Positions 13,339 through 26,902 of a stretch of DNA of 64,000 bases are shown one piece after another (position 1 is the first letter of the stretch; every line of letters begins with the position of its first letter). Below the pieces are notes generated by a model. The model did not search any database, was not told the DNA's origin, and saw only the letters and a program-made list of their open reading frames with translations. The DNA is from Octopus sinensis (taxonomy: Eukaryota). The position numbers and the translations under genes are program-made. Where the stretch lies: the NCBI RefSeq assembly GCF_006345805.1, contig NC_043003.1, forward strand, positions 59,954,001 through 60,018,000. Reading direction: 5' to 3'.

Positions 13339-14624
13339 AATAATGATCACGATGATGATAACATATCTCAACCAGTCTCTTAAATGAAAGGTTTTGCTTG
13401 TGATTAATAGAGAAATTATTAATTCGTTCCAATTTTGTTTTCATCTTGAGGCTTTGGCATATCTTACTTCTTAATCTGTGCTCGCTATTCCTGTTGTTAT
13501 CGGACCAGAGACACACAGCGAAAAAAATAGGAGAGAGAAAGAGAGGAGGGAGAGAGGGAGAGAGGGAGAAAGAGAAAGACAGTCCACTTCTGTCATTCTG
13601 TGTTCGGTGACAGAAATCGCCAATTGTAAAATTTAATCCTTGAACATACTCAAAAATTCTCAATAAGTATTTTGCCTTCAATAGCTGCTTTTTTTCAGTT
13701 TTACACTTCGTTCCGGATTTTTTAAATAAGTTTTTATTTAAGATTTTACTTTAGCTGATCACCTTCATTCATTACTTTTATCATCATCATTATCATCTGA
13801 AGCAAAGGTTTTGCTGTCGAATGCAATCCATTATTATTAGTTGTATTTTTCCCACCCAACATATTTATTTCACAATAGTTGGCGAATACCTTCTTTATGG
13901 AAGTGCGTTTAGTTACCAGTTAAAATCGTATTAGTAATGTATTGTAACCGCATTCCCAAACCAGGCACTTTAGCAGTAAGGTATTGTTAGCGCCAAGAAG
14001 TGGAAAGTTTGTCCTAGCAAAAGGAGAACAACGTACAATGTAGAGGCCGTTTAATCTTCACTTTTATCATTGTGACAATTGTTTAGAGTTATTTGGGATA
14101 CACACGTTAGCTATTGACAGGAGACAGGAGAAAAACAGTGTGTTTTAATCGTTACTACACTCTTCAGCAGGCGTCCTCTTTTTTTTTCTACTCTAAACAA
14201 CTTAAAGGACAAAAGACAGACAACACCGAATACTTCGTTTTTTTAAAAATCTTTATTCTATTTTTTCTTTTCCTTCTTTCTGTCGGTTTTTCTCCTTTTC
14301 TTCTTTCGTTCTTTCTTCACTATATATATATAAAAACAAAATACAAGTGTATGGCAGGGACAAGGCTATAATCTTTTTAATCTCTTAATGTTTGCCTCAG
14401 AAATGAAAACTAATTTGGCCCATCACGGGATACTTGTGTACTTCGAATTATTCTATCAATTCAGAAACATTCTAGCTTGCTTTTGTATTGCTTTCTGTTA
14501 ACCTGCCGCTTAATATACTTCCTTACCATCGTGAGCCTCTGATACGGTATTTATTTCCGTGTTATGCTGTGTTACTTATAAGAGAAAAACCTGCAGGGAT
14601 AGCACGGGTAGGGGTGTATTTAGA

Positions 14625-14720
<96 letters not shown>

Positions 14721-14724
14721 TAGT

Positions 14725-14755
<31 letters not shown>

Positions 14756-14757
14756 CT
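14625..14757 (+). repeat. Compound (TAG)n/(CAG)n microsatellite
   Basis: Alternating TAG and CAG blocks in register. Confidence 0.97.
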
Positions 14758-15587
14758 ATAGTTATTGTTTAACTGTTCAAGTAGACAAATGGCGAAAGAC
14801 ATTCTATCCATGACAATCCTTTTCTTTCATTTACTCAAGATTTCGTTTTAAATAGTCACGACATAATTTTATGCAACCAGAATTACCAGTACATCGTTAG
14901 CTTTGTTTTTAAGATCGTAAGAAGGGAGATCTGACTGCTTCCCATACAACTTTAAGCAACGGTACTTGGCTCGTCGACGATATATAATTATTGGGTTGTT
15001 ACTGTTGTTGTTGCTAAGATAATTTTTAAACGCAATCACTTCTGGTCGACAGACATGGATAGGATCACTGCTATTCCGAGCATAAAACTCATCTTTTTTA
15101 GGGGTATACAGAAGGAAATTATTTGATGTGTTCTTCCCTGTTTCTTCTCTTTTTCTTTTAAAGACGTATGCAAGGAAATTGGGGGATGTTTAGTTTTTAT
15201 TTGTAGCCGGACGAACGAACGCCAGAGAAGGGTCGCTTGTTGACACGTGATAACATCAATAGGGACAACAAAGATGCTGGTTATTATGGTGATGATAAGC
15301 AGTTTCATATGACTCCTGTTCTAAAAAGTTTTGAGATAAGGTTTCTATCCAACAAGAAAGCCTTTATGTAGTCGGTCGACTAAGCTAGAAATGACAGCTA
15401 AATATTCCACAACTTAATTCTAGTGTCTAAAAATCGCGAGAGTGGTTATGATAGTAAGCACTATATCCCATAGGTTTACTCGATTAGGACCCATTTGGGG
15501 TGACAAATTCAAATCGGGGCTATAGTAACAGACACCTGCCCAAGGTACCTCACCCTGGCGACTAAAACCATCTGCTTGCAAGGCGAA

Positions 15588-15624
<37 letters not shown>

Positions 15625-16094
15625 AGAAAAACGATAGATGATGAAGGCCGGATTGCCTTTTGATGATAGGACAGCCTGATCAAAACTGACCCGGGGCTAA
15701 ACAACAACAACTTCAGTAACAGAAATAGAACTAAAATAGATATATTAGTGACTGACTTGATTCTGTGTTGTATGTGTTAGCGGCTTTGCATTTACTAATG
15801 ATATTTCATGGCTGGATGCCGCTACTCAATCATTTCTTGTAAATTGTAGCAAATCTGACATGGTTAGAACAGTAATAAAGAGACCTTTGATGAAGTAATA
15901 TATGAGTAATTCTTTCAGACAACTGTAATGAAAGATGGGGACGAGCCGAAATATCTGTTAACAATGATGGCGGTAACACCACCAACATCAATGCCACTGT
16001 AGTGTTTCTTTTATACGGAGACATAAACTATATATATATATATAACTCTACACACAAATGTAGAATATATATATGTATATGTATCTATGTATGT

Positions 16095-16152
<58 letters not shown>

Positions 16153-16300
16153 GTATATGCATATGTAACACGTACGCATAAGTTCCAAACGTATTTTCGC
16201 GTGTGTATATGCATATACAACCGTATGTACAAACATGTATACATACACTTGTCTGTCTCTACACTTGCACTTTATCTATCTATCTATCTATCAGTCTATA

Positions 16301-16365
<65 letters not shown>

Positions 16366-17045
16366 GTCTATATGTCTGTCTATCTCTCTATCTGTTTCCA
16401 AATAAACCTCTAGCTATTCCTATCTATCTGGATAAATTTATGCTACAATCAATTGCAAATATGGCCGACACAATAGCTCGCGGTATTACATTGTCAGTTT
16501 AGATCCAGTCCATGTTGATTTTGTCTCCCATCATCCTTCCCAAACAGACAAAATAGGTATGTAGGTCGATAATATAGACATAAACCTTTGCTGGCGGTGT
16601 CCCAATATGGCTGCAATCCAGTAATTGAAACTAATCAATGAACAGAAATAAGCAAGTCTTATTTTGCCTTGTTGCAAATATTTATTTTGTTTGCCTTAAT
16701 TTAATGTATAAGTTGAACATCTTAATATTATAACTTCAGCCAAAACAATCTTCAGCTCTGTGTGTGTGTATGTATGTGTGTTTGTGTCGAAATACTTGGA
16801 AATTTAGGGTAAAAACGGTATCATGGTAACTAAAGATTGTGAGTAAAATCTGCATTTGCTACCTCTATCCAATCCTAGTAGAACGTGGCTTTCTTTCGCA
16901 ACTTCTGAAATCAATTGAATGAGTACATGAAATGCTAGAGTGGTGTCGATATAAAACAAACGTGAAAGAGTTGCCCACAATCACTAATTATGGTCGCAGT
17001 GCAAAAATACCCCCACCATAGTGACTTATGTAGACATACATACAT

Positions 17046-17092
<47 letters not shown>

Positions 17093-17261
17093 TTATATAT
17101 TATATATATTATATATATAATCATGTATATATATGTATATGCTTATATGAGCATATGTCTACATAGAGAGAGAGAGAGAGAGAAAGAAAGAAAGAGATAG
17201 GAGAGAAAGAGAGACCCACATCTATGTATACATACACCGAACACAACCAACTCACACACAT

Positions 17262-17400
17262 GCCGAAGTCGACTTTGACTTTCATCCTTTCGCGGTCGAT
17301 AAATTAAGTACCAGTTGCGTACTGGGTCGATCTAATTGACTGGCCCCTTTCCCGCCACCAAAATTTCAGGCATTGTACCTAGAGTAGAAAAGATTATTTA
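17262..17400 (+). mobile_element. Family B SINE, 3' half
   Basis: gccgaagtcgactttgactttcatcctttcgcggtcgataaattaagtaccagttgcgtactgggtcgatc...aaaatttcaggcattgtacctagagtagaaaagattatt. Confidence 0.82.
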
Positions 17401-18292
17401 CATAACATATTACACTTTGTGGAATAGAAGAAGAGTGATTAAGATACTTCTAGATTAATCAAACATTTATCTTACATTCTCTTCCTCTTCCCCTCCCTCT
17501 GTCTCTTTCTCTCACATACATATTCACGCACGCACACACACACACATATTCTTAGAAGGAGTGTTGATTTTTATGGATAGCACAGTCTGGTCCCCAAAGA
17601 GCACTTATATATTAGACGAAGCAAGCAAACAAGCCTTTTAGAATCGCGTGACAAACACGATCTGCTGGGATCAATAATATCAGTTAATATCTCAGCAAGT
17701 AATTCACCCTATATTAACAGCAAGGACCAGTATTGTAACTGACGAAGGAACTTGACATTTTCAATTCTCTCTCGTTCTTTGATAACTACAAAAAGAACTG
17801 ATTGCAATTCGTATCTCCCTGGTAATGTATAAGGCTATGATTTAGTCCAACCATGTTCTGAATCAAACCTCCAATTTATGTTTGAAGAATCCAATTTAAG
17901 AAGTGCTCGCTTGAGATAATAACCTTACTTTAGCCTACAATAATCAAATTAGAAGTGGTCAGTGTATTTTACGCTTCTAACTTGACCACTTTTAGTCAAC
18001 AATGCGATTGATAAAATAATTTCCATTTCAGATAATATTCGATTAACTTTAAAGACATAATGCTAAACCATGTTTTGGCTTTCATCAAAAAATATAATGG
18101 ATCATTTTTCTGTTTTATTTTATTTTATTATATTTTACATTTTGTTTCCACGGCTTTGTTTTAAGATTCTAAATCGCAAACATCAAGCAATATTTTTATT
18201 CTATTTGCATGTATCACAGTGATCAGAATATGTCTATAATTGACTATTTCATCACAAATAAGCACGTAGATGCAGAAATATTTATGTGAAGT

Positions 18293-18368
18293 GGCTGTGA
18301 GGCGCAGGCCTGGCTGTGAGGCGCAGGCATAGCTGTGAGGTGCAGGCATGGCTGTGAGGCGTAGGCAT
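18293..18368 (+). repeat. 19-bp x4 minisatellite derived from the SINE 5' end
   Basis: Units GGCTGTGAGGCGCAGGCCT / GGCTGTGAGGCGCAGGCAT / AGCTGTGAGGTGCAGGCAT / GGCTGTGAGGCGTAGGCAT run directly into the SINE head ggctgtgtggtaag. No spacers. Confidence 0.95.
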
Positions 18369-18512
18369 GGCTGTGTGGTAAGAAATTTGCTTCTGAAACA
18401 CATGGTCCCAGTTTCATTCCCACTGTGTGCTACGTTGAGCAATTATATTCTACTACAGCCACGGACCGTCCAAAGTATTGTGAATGGATTTGGGATACAG
18501 AAAGTAAAAAGA

Positions 18513-18543
<31 letters not shown>

Positions 18544-18642
18544 TCAAAAAACATAAATACTGTGGTTGATTTGTTCAACTAATATTCTTCAAGGCGGTGT
18601 CCCAGCATGGCCGCAGGCAAATGATCGGAACAAGTAAAGGAT
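18363..18642 (+). mobile_element. Diverged, internally deleted family A SINE
   Basis: Head ggcatggctgtgtggtaagaaatttgctt..., tail aaggcggtgtcccagcatggccgcag..aaatga..gaacaagtaaa; matches the 19087 copy. Confidence 0.75.
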
Positions 18643-18689
18643 ACAAGCTCAGCTTAGTTGTATAATACACACATACACGCACACACACG

Positions 18690-18727
<38 letters not shown>

Positions 18728-18763
18728 CGCACACACACATGCATGTATGCACAAATACAAATA

Positions 18764-18828
<65 letters not shown>

Positions 18829-18844
18829 GTGTGTGTGGAGGTGA

Positions 18845-18945
18845 AATGGCCCAGTGGTTAGGGCAGTAGACTTGCGGTCGTAGGTACGTGCTTTCGATTC
18901 CCAGACCGGGCGTTGTGAGAGTTTATTGAGCAAACACGCGTAAAA
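18845..18945 (+). mobile_element. Isolated tRNA-derived SINE head
   Basis: A-box TGGCCCAGTGG (18847-18857), B-box-like tttcgattccc (18892-18902), then agaccgggcgttgtgag. No acceptor stem, so not a tRNA gene. Confidence 0.65.
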
Positions 18946-18974
18946 TTCCCTATATATATGTATTATTAAATATG

Positions 18975-19060
18975 ACACCATTCAACTACGCTTCGGAATT
19001 AAGTCCTTCTTCGGAAAATGAAAAATAAAAGGCTAGGAAATAAGAAAAATGGTGAATGAA
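18975..19060 (-). mobile_element. Probable Penelope-like element terminal remnant
   Basis: Minus strand 19014-18990 reads CCGAAGA-A-GGA-CUUAAU-UCC-GAAGC, the same layout as at 42478. Family assignment is inference. Confidence 0.35.
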
Positions 19061-19086
19061 AAAAAAGATAAATATAAAGATACACA

Positions 19087-19510
19087 GGCGCAGGAGTGGC
19101 TGTATGGTAAGTAGCTTGCTTACCAACTACATGGTTCCGGGTTCACTCCCCCTGCGTGGAACCTTGGGCAAGTGTTTTCTACTATAGCCTCGGGTCGACT
19201 AAAGCCTTGTGAGTGGATTTGGTAGACGGAAACTGGAAGAAGCCCGTCGCATATATATATGCATGTATATATATATATATACACGCACACATATATGAGT
19301 ATTTGTGTGTTTGTGTGTCTGTGTTTGTCCCTCCATCATCGCTTGACAACCGATGTTGATATGCTTAAGTCACAGTAACTTAGCAGTTTGGTAAAGAGAG
19401 CGACAGAATAAGTACTATGCTTACAAAAAATAAGAATTAGGTTCGATTTGTCCGACTAAAGGTGGTGCTCAAGCGTGGCCGCAGTCAAATGACTGGAGCA
19501 AGTAAAATAA
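19087..19510 (+). mobile_element. Near full-length tRNA-derived SINE with CORE-like segment (family A)
   Basis: A-box TGGCTGTATGG, B-box-like GGTTCACTCCC, CORE-like accttgggcaagtg, internal (TA)n, 3' end ggccgcagtcaaatgact..caagtaaa. Alignable with copies at 18363, 42603, 50495, 39172 and 5950. Confidence 0.85.
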
Positions 19511-21738
19511 TACGAAAAGAAAACTCCGTGTGGAAAATGGCATTGCAGTAATTCATCATGGATTTTTCCTCGCGTCTCCTCACATCTTCGTCCCCCTTAC
19601 CTACATATGCCCATATTTGGGAATGAGTGTGTCTTGAGACTAGAGGTTTATCATGTGACAGACGGATATAAAGATAAAAGATAGATAAGCATCTATAGCT
19701 TCATAAATAGCAAAATAGATATAATTGCGTATATGTGCTTATATCTATGTTTGTATGAGTTTGTGTGCATATAAACTAAAAGATAAATATATCGATATGT
19801 AGATATTAACTAGATAGATATCTTTGTCTGTGAGCTAGATAGGTATCTTTGTCTGGGCGCTCACGAAAGCCACAAAGCTTGAATACTACAGAAGTCAAAT
19901 AAGTAGTTAATTTAATACATCAAATACGATTCGATATATTACTTACACGTTGCATCTATAATTTACACACATATTTTAACCATATGATATATAAGCTACG
20001 TTATCAAAATAGTTGCCGTTGAATTGAGAGTCTTAGATGACTGTTGCTAATATGATGTGCGCAGGTAAGAAAGGTTTGTAATTAATTTGAAGGAAAATAA
20101 AATCGATTTCCAAAGTAATTAATTGGTTCCCTTTGATTAAGTATAGGTCTGTATGGTTTTAGCCGGTGGGAATCGTAACGTAACTTAACGACCAAAAGCA
20201 CATTAGCGGTAAAAGTGAAATGGAAAGGCTTCGCAAGAGAATTGAAACCAAGTTTAATTTTAAGTTTTCTGGAAGTTTACCTCGAAACGAGAGACAATCT
20301 CTTAGTTTATGAGGAGAAAATTTCGTGGCTTTCAAACAAAATGTTTTACGCCTACTCATTTTTATCACGAAGTTAGCGACTTATAATCAAATGAAGTGAT
20401 GGTCACCCCGTTTTATTCTCTCATAAAGGATATTTTGGGATGACAATGCCTAGAATAACCTTTAGTTAAGGGACCACGACTGACCCCGTGCGAAAGAGCA
20501 GCAAAAACACATGAATATTGTTTTGACTACAACCGTTTAAAAACCCTACTACAGTAACAATTTATAGCATTAAATGCTCAATGCGCATTTATTAACATTA
20601 CAGTGCTAATGGGGCTTCTATATCTTACAGCGGTCAACGTAACTTTCACATATCAGGTATTCAGTATTAAAAGGGTCACTTATAGTTTTAATTTTGCACC
20701 AGGGTAAGACATGGGAATTAGATCAGATCATATACTTTTTAAAACCAAGAATACTGTATGGCTGATGGAGGGTTTCTTTACTATATGCACTCTCTTTCAG
20801 CTGTCTCTCATAAAATGAAAGATTTATATTAAAATCTCCTATATTATTTACATCCATTCATATAAGTTAGGCACGCATTGTACGCCTTGCATTCAAACAG
20901 GAAACGTCACTATTCTGTATATATGTCTCCTTTGAGTATGGCAATTTCGAATAAAATAAAGCAAAATAATAGTAAAAAAAAATTTATTCTACATAGTTCG
21001 ATTTCTGAACCACTTTATTCAATGTGTTTTAGTCATATAAGTCTAGCCTGATGCGAATATATATTACTTTTAGAACTCTATGTTCACGGCAGTTTCTTGC
21101 ACAAAAAAATTAACTTTCTGTATGAATATATTCCGGAAAACATTTTCAAATATTTTTCTATTTAGCTTTTACACACTGCCTCAGTTACATCTCTCTTTGT
21201 ACCTCGGTTGTATTAGACCCATATTCTTTATTTTGAAACCTTATTCTAAACGTTTCGCTTAGTGCTTTGTGTTATATACCTAGTACAGTTCTACAAAACT
21301 ATTTAGTCTCAGATGAGGTCAAACCAATTGCAACATACGGTTTGTAGTTCTCCACAACCAGCTTCCAAGTTACACATAACAAATACAGACATTTTTTATG
21401 TCTTTTTTTTTGCTTTCTTTTTGTAATTTTTTTCTGCTGTTTGCCTACTTAACCAACCAAAGACTGTAAACCATTATTTCCATTCCCATCTCCTATACTT
21501 CTTCGAAAAGGTTACAACTTTTTTTAGAACATACTGTCTGCACACACACACATACACCCCCCACACACACATACACACACGCGCGTACACAAACACACAC
21601 ACATATACATACATATACACGCATATATATATATATATATACGAACATATATATATATATACTGAGTAAAAATGGTTATGCTCTTTTCCTTGCCTTACCC
21701 CCTGTCCTGCCCCCTCTTTCAATGTGTGTGTGCGTGTG

Positions 21739-21789
<51 letters not shown>

Positions 21790-21872
21790 GTGTGTGTTAT
21801 TGTGACATTTTTTCAGTTATTCTTCGCCTTCTCGATTCAATGTATCGAGAATGTTACAAATAGTATCTCTGG

Positions 21873-21918
<46 letters not shown>

Positions 21919-22336
21919 GAGAGAGAGATAGAAGGTGAGAGAGAGAGAGAGAAGATTAGAGAGAAGGAGGGAGAAAGAGAAGATGAGAGAGAGAGAGAGA
22001 GCAGTCGGTTTGCAAATGTCACCGAATGTCTCCTACCGTTGTTACATTTTTACCGAGTTTGAAGGAAGAAAATAACAAAAATACAAAACAGCAAAGAAAT
22101 CATACAAAAAAATGATATACACACAATAAATAAATAAATAGATAGCTAAATAAATAAGAAAGCTGCCAGTCTTCCGAGAAGACACTAACATCTGACAATG
22201 TTGTATAACCAGTAGCCAATCAATCGAAGTTCAACTCGGTGAAAAACATTAACGAATCAAATTCAGACTGAGTTTCCGAAACTATTCATCGGACCTTTTT
22301 TAACTAACCCAAACTCCAACAATATCCAAAGAACGT

Positions 22337-22339
<3 letters not shown>

Positions 22340-22392
<53 letters not shown>

Positions 22393-22448
22393 GCTGCTGC
22401 TACTGCTGCTGCTGCTGCTATTACTGCTACTGCTGCTGCTGCTGGTAA

Positions 22449-22491
<43 letters not shown>

Positions 22492-22492
22492 T

Positions 22493-22565
<73 letters not shown>

Positions 22566-22592
22566 ACTACTACTACTGCTACAACTACTACT
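22340..22592 (+). repeat. Compound (CTA)n/(CTG)n microsatellite
   Basis: About 250 bp of CTA with CTG blocks. Confidence 0.97.
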
Positions 22593-22920
22593 TTATTTGT
22601 CTCCAAGGACGCGCATACTTTAGAAAACTTGTCAAAAAAGGGCTACAACTCGGGAGGTTATGCATAAATATGTGTGTGGTGAGGTATACTGTTGTGTATG
22701 TGTGTGTGGTCGCGTGGTTCATAAAAATTAAATTATTTTATGATTTATCATTGTTTATATTTAGAGATTACAAATATGTCGGACACCAACATCTTTTAAG
22801 TGCTTAGGGCCTCTGTGGGTTTAATCCGGCCCTGCTTAGAATCATGGGTTGTTGGTATTGCCAACAATGATCAAATGTGAGGAGAGACTCCATGTCTTCC
22901 AAATCATTGCTTTCCTTAAT

Positions 22921-23000
22921 TTCTTTTATTCTCTTTTATTCTTTTTTATTCTTATATGTGTTTCAGTCATTTGACTGCGGCCATGCTGGAGCACCGCCTT
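22921..23000 (-). mobile_element. Family A SINE 3' end
   Basis: gtgtttcagtcatttgactgcggccatgctggagcaccgcctt is the reverse complement of the family A tail, preceded by the (ttttattc)-like tail. Confidence 0.75.
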
Positions 23001-23618
23001 TATTTTTCCTCCCCTTTCAAGTAAATATATCCATCAGGTCATATATTAGTAATGATTGTCTCAAACTTTTGGTTTCTGACAAATGCATATACTTCAGGGT
23101 AGTAAGTGTTTTGAGTCTGAGCTCGTTTTCTTTGATTTTCTCTCTATCTCTCTCTTTTAACTTCCCTGCATTTGTCCAGTTTCCTTCTTATTCTCACCGA
23201 GAATGTTGGGAAGTATAGTGGTGGGGTAACTTTGGCCGGTCGTGTGATTAAAGTGGAGATTCCTTGGTGTTTAGCGGCCTATGGCTCGTCGGTCTCTATG
23301 ACTGACGACACCGAAAATAAAGCGACAATTTTTACCTCTGCTCTGGTTATCCTTGTTTTCAGGAAATTATGGCAGCAAGAGCCACATCCATGGTTTTCGT
23401 CTGAGACACTGCTGTTATTGATGCCGTTGCTCTTCTCTGCTACAATAGAGATTTTTCATCTTTTTACCAATTCTGAATAAAAGGCCCTGAAGTGATTCTC
23501 TGTCTGACTGTATGTCTCGCTCTCACTCCCTCTCTCTCTCTCTCACGCACACACACAGTCATACACATACTTACAAACACACATACACATTCCTGCATGT
23601 AGGTGAGTGTCCCTGTGC

Positions 23619-23670
<52 letters not shown>

Positions 23671-23765
23671 CTATAGAAATTTGAAAAACCTAGCTGAATG
23701 ATTGATTGACCGAGCGATCGGTTAAGCAGCCGATTAGTTAATTGGCTAAACGGTTAAGCAGCTTG

Positions 23766-23837
<72 letters not shown>

Positions 23838-24574
23838 TGACATGAGATAGAACTGGTCGTTTATTATTTGGTGTAATGACCCTCTCGATATAGAACAAAA
23901 TTTTATGGATTTTTCCTTTAATACTCTACGTTTCTAGAAATAATTTTATTGGCATCAGCTTGAGTCACCAAATATATTTGACGTTTAATTAATGTATTAG
24001 TTTTGTGATAGTTTCCTTCTCTGCCGTTTCTCATTTCCGAATTTCATGAAAAGCGTTCAATAAACAATGAATTCTTTCTTTGTTATAAGGCCAGATATTT
24101 TACTTATTTTATTTTATCGAAACGTCTACCATTTTATTTCAACGAAACACGAAATAAGCTCCTTGTCTTTTATTTATTTATTTGATAGGCTAAATTTTAG
24201 TAAACTGATACCATACAAGTTTCTGTTATTGGTATTATTAGTAATTATTTCACTTCATTTACGGCATTAAAGTTCATAGAAAAACTATACGTCTTTGTAT
24301 CTTCAATTCAGAAATCTTATCTCACTTAAATCAATTGAAAATATTACCCGTAAATGGTTGGTATTTTTTTAATGCAAGACAAAGAAATTTACTCTGATAT
24401 GTCGTCTGGTTTCTTGGACTGAATAGATAATCTATTTTTATAGTTAGGATTATAAAACAACCGTTATCTTGCACTAGTACACTGCAGGAAGGCATTTTAC
24501 CAGCCTCACCAAAACCATTTTTTACACACTAATTCACTCTTCTAATTCTAAGCTGTTCAGTTCTTCATCCTAAT

Positions 24575-24658
<84 letters not shown>

Positions 24659-25228
24659 ATGTGTGTATACACACGCATACACACACACATATACATAATG
24701 TCTGTGTATAGCTATGTGTTTATATATGTATAAAACATCCGATTCTTAAATATTGCAGTTGTTAGAAAGTCTCCCACTAAGAGTTTGTATCTTGAGCATT
24801 ATGTTTGAGGGAAAAAGTACCTCTTAGAAGTGTTCTGTATCCTAAATAGAAATACGGTGCCATGCAGCTAAAATACTGAGCTGAAAAAATTCATCTATTA
24901 TGTGAGATTTTATATATAATTAATACAGAAATTTATCCTGTATTTTGTAACATGTATCTAAAACCTACTAGCAAGGGAGATAATTGTAATTAGACCATTG
25001 TAACGAATTAACATAATGATGGTGGTACAGCTGGTGTTTAAATCAATGATTGTAATGAAAGTAATGATAAGATAATGTGGTTGATATTAAAGAAGGTCTA
25101 AAGCATTTTTTCTTTCACATTGGTCTGCATTTCACCGAAACTTCAGTAGGATTCTTAACAACTGTCTTTATATATACTTATATACACTCAAGCGTACATA
25201 CACGTGCATATGTATATATGTGTATATA

Positions 25229-25291
<63 letters not shown>

Positions 25292-25720
25292 TGTGTGTGC
25301 GTGTAAACGTATGCATATATATATATATATATATATAGGAATCATCTCAACGATTATTTCAAGTTGAATATTGTTACTGTTTTACAATTTTGTTAATTAT
25401 TACCAACATAACCGCCCCCACAACGCCCTTTTTATTAAACCTCCCACCATTAATTCCTTCAGATTAATCATACCATTCTTTTCTATATTTTTGGTCGCTC
25501 ACTGGCAAAATCCAGTGGAAGATTCCGGAAACTACATTACTGGGGAACACAACACAGTAATACGTAAAGGTGAGTTTACTATAATATCTATCATAATCTT
25601 CATGAATCTACCTTTTACTTACCTTCTCCATCTCTCTTAAGCCTCCTCCTCCCCTCCTCTCCTTCTTGACCTCTTCCTCCTTCTTTACCTGCTCCCCTCC
25701 TCCTCCTTCGCATTCTTTTT

Positions 25721-25820
25721 CTTCTTCTTCTTCTTCTTCTTCTTCTTCTTCTTCTTCTTCTTCTTCTTCTTCTTCTTCTTCTTCTTCTTCTTCTTTCTAT
25801 TCTATGTTTTCATCATGCTA

Positions 25821-25904
<84 letters not shown>

Positions 25905-25920
25905 CAACAACAACAACAAT
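25721..25920 (+). repeat. (CTT)~25 followed by (AAT)n/(AAC)n
   Basis: Uninterrupted CTT array 25721-25795, then an AAT array. Confidence 0.97.
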
Positions 25921-26478
25921 ATGTTTTCTGAGTTAATAAGAAATAGTTAAGTCTTCATACGCATGTACATGAAGATGCATGCACATATACTCACAGACAA
26001 ACAAATACATGCACAAGCGCAGACAGAGACACACACTCAACTGCATCGAGATCTCAGTTAAAATCTGATGACGGGCTCTATGGGATAAACTACTCGATTC
26101 AAATTACAAAGATGAATTTATTTTTACTTAAAAAATATCCCTAATATGAGTGTGTGTGTGTAGACATATGCTTACGTAAGTGCGCATGCAAATGTGCATA
26201 ATTATACAGACACATGTATATAAGTATACATCTATGTATGTATACAAATAATTGCTACCACGAGGAAAAGAATGAGCTTATACAGTGCTAAGAATGGATT
26301 TACATTAAATTTTATTGGAAGTTCTGAAATCTTCACAAACTGTTAATCCCGATTTCATGATTCCAGGTTTTAGAACATTATGAAAAAATAGATTTAGAAG
26401 ATATTTAAATACCATGTACGTATTCAGGAGTGTATATACATATATAACATTGTTCTACAGACATTTGAAGAGTTATAA

Positions 26479-26528
<50 letters not shown>

Positions 26529-26842
26529 ATAACTCTTAAAATGACTGTAGAACAAGATTCAATAGATATTTTTTTATAATATACAATTAATAAATACATA
26601 TATCTGTGTTTTTTCAAAGGATTATTGTTTTTAGAAATCTAAAATCAATTATGTTTTTGTTAATAATTACTCCACTGAAATTAATCAATATCTTATGTCC
26701 AGATTGATAAATAATATTTAGATTTACTTGAATTTTCTAAATATCTTATTTCAATTCACTTCCTTTATCTCTCCCCTAAGCCTACCTACACTTTTTTCTC
26801 TTCTCCGACTTCACTCTGATTCCTCTTCCTTCATTTTCTTAC

Positions 26843-26902
<60 letters not shown>

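Noticed and set aside
14625-14757. CAG tract as a polyglutamine exon
   Set aside because: The Gln frame is interrupted by in-register TAG stops; no splice sites.
17739-17760. CTGACGAAGG hammerhead-like 5' core
   Set aside because: No stem II or GAAA follows; at most a fragment.
18293-18368. 19-bp array as a CRISPR array
   Set aside because: No spacers, eukaryotic context, and the unit derives from a SINE head.
18845-18945. tRNA-like sequences (also 5090, 11520, 19087, 47721) as tRNA genes
   Set aside because: A/B boxes are present but there are no complete acceptor stems, and each continues into SINE body sequence.
22266-22294. Minus-strand CCGAUGA...GAAAC-UCA-GUC hammerhead look-alike
   Set aside because: No stem II or stem I; GUUUC pairs with GAAAC instead.
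22806-22834. agggcctctgtgggtttaatccggccctg resembling a hAT-type MITE end
   Set aside because: No matching opposite terminus or 8-bp TSD found.
23172-23480. 102-aa ORF in GC-richer sequence with an internal ttttcAG
   Set aside because: No recognisable homology and no usable donor in a compatible phase.
26065-26095. CTGATGAC... hammerhead candidate
   Set aside because: No GAAA core and no stem II.
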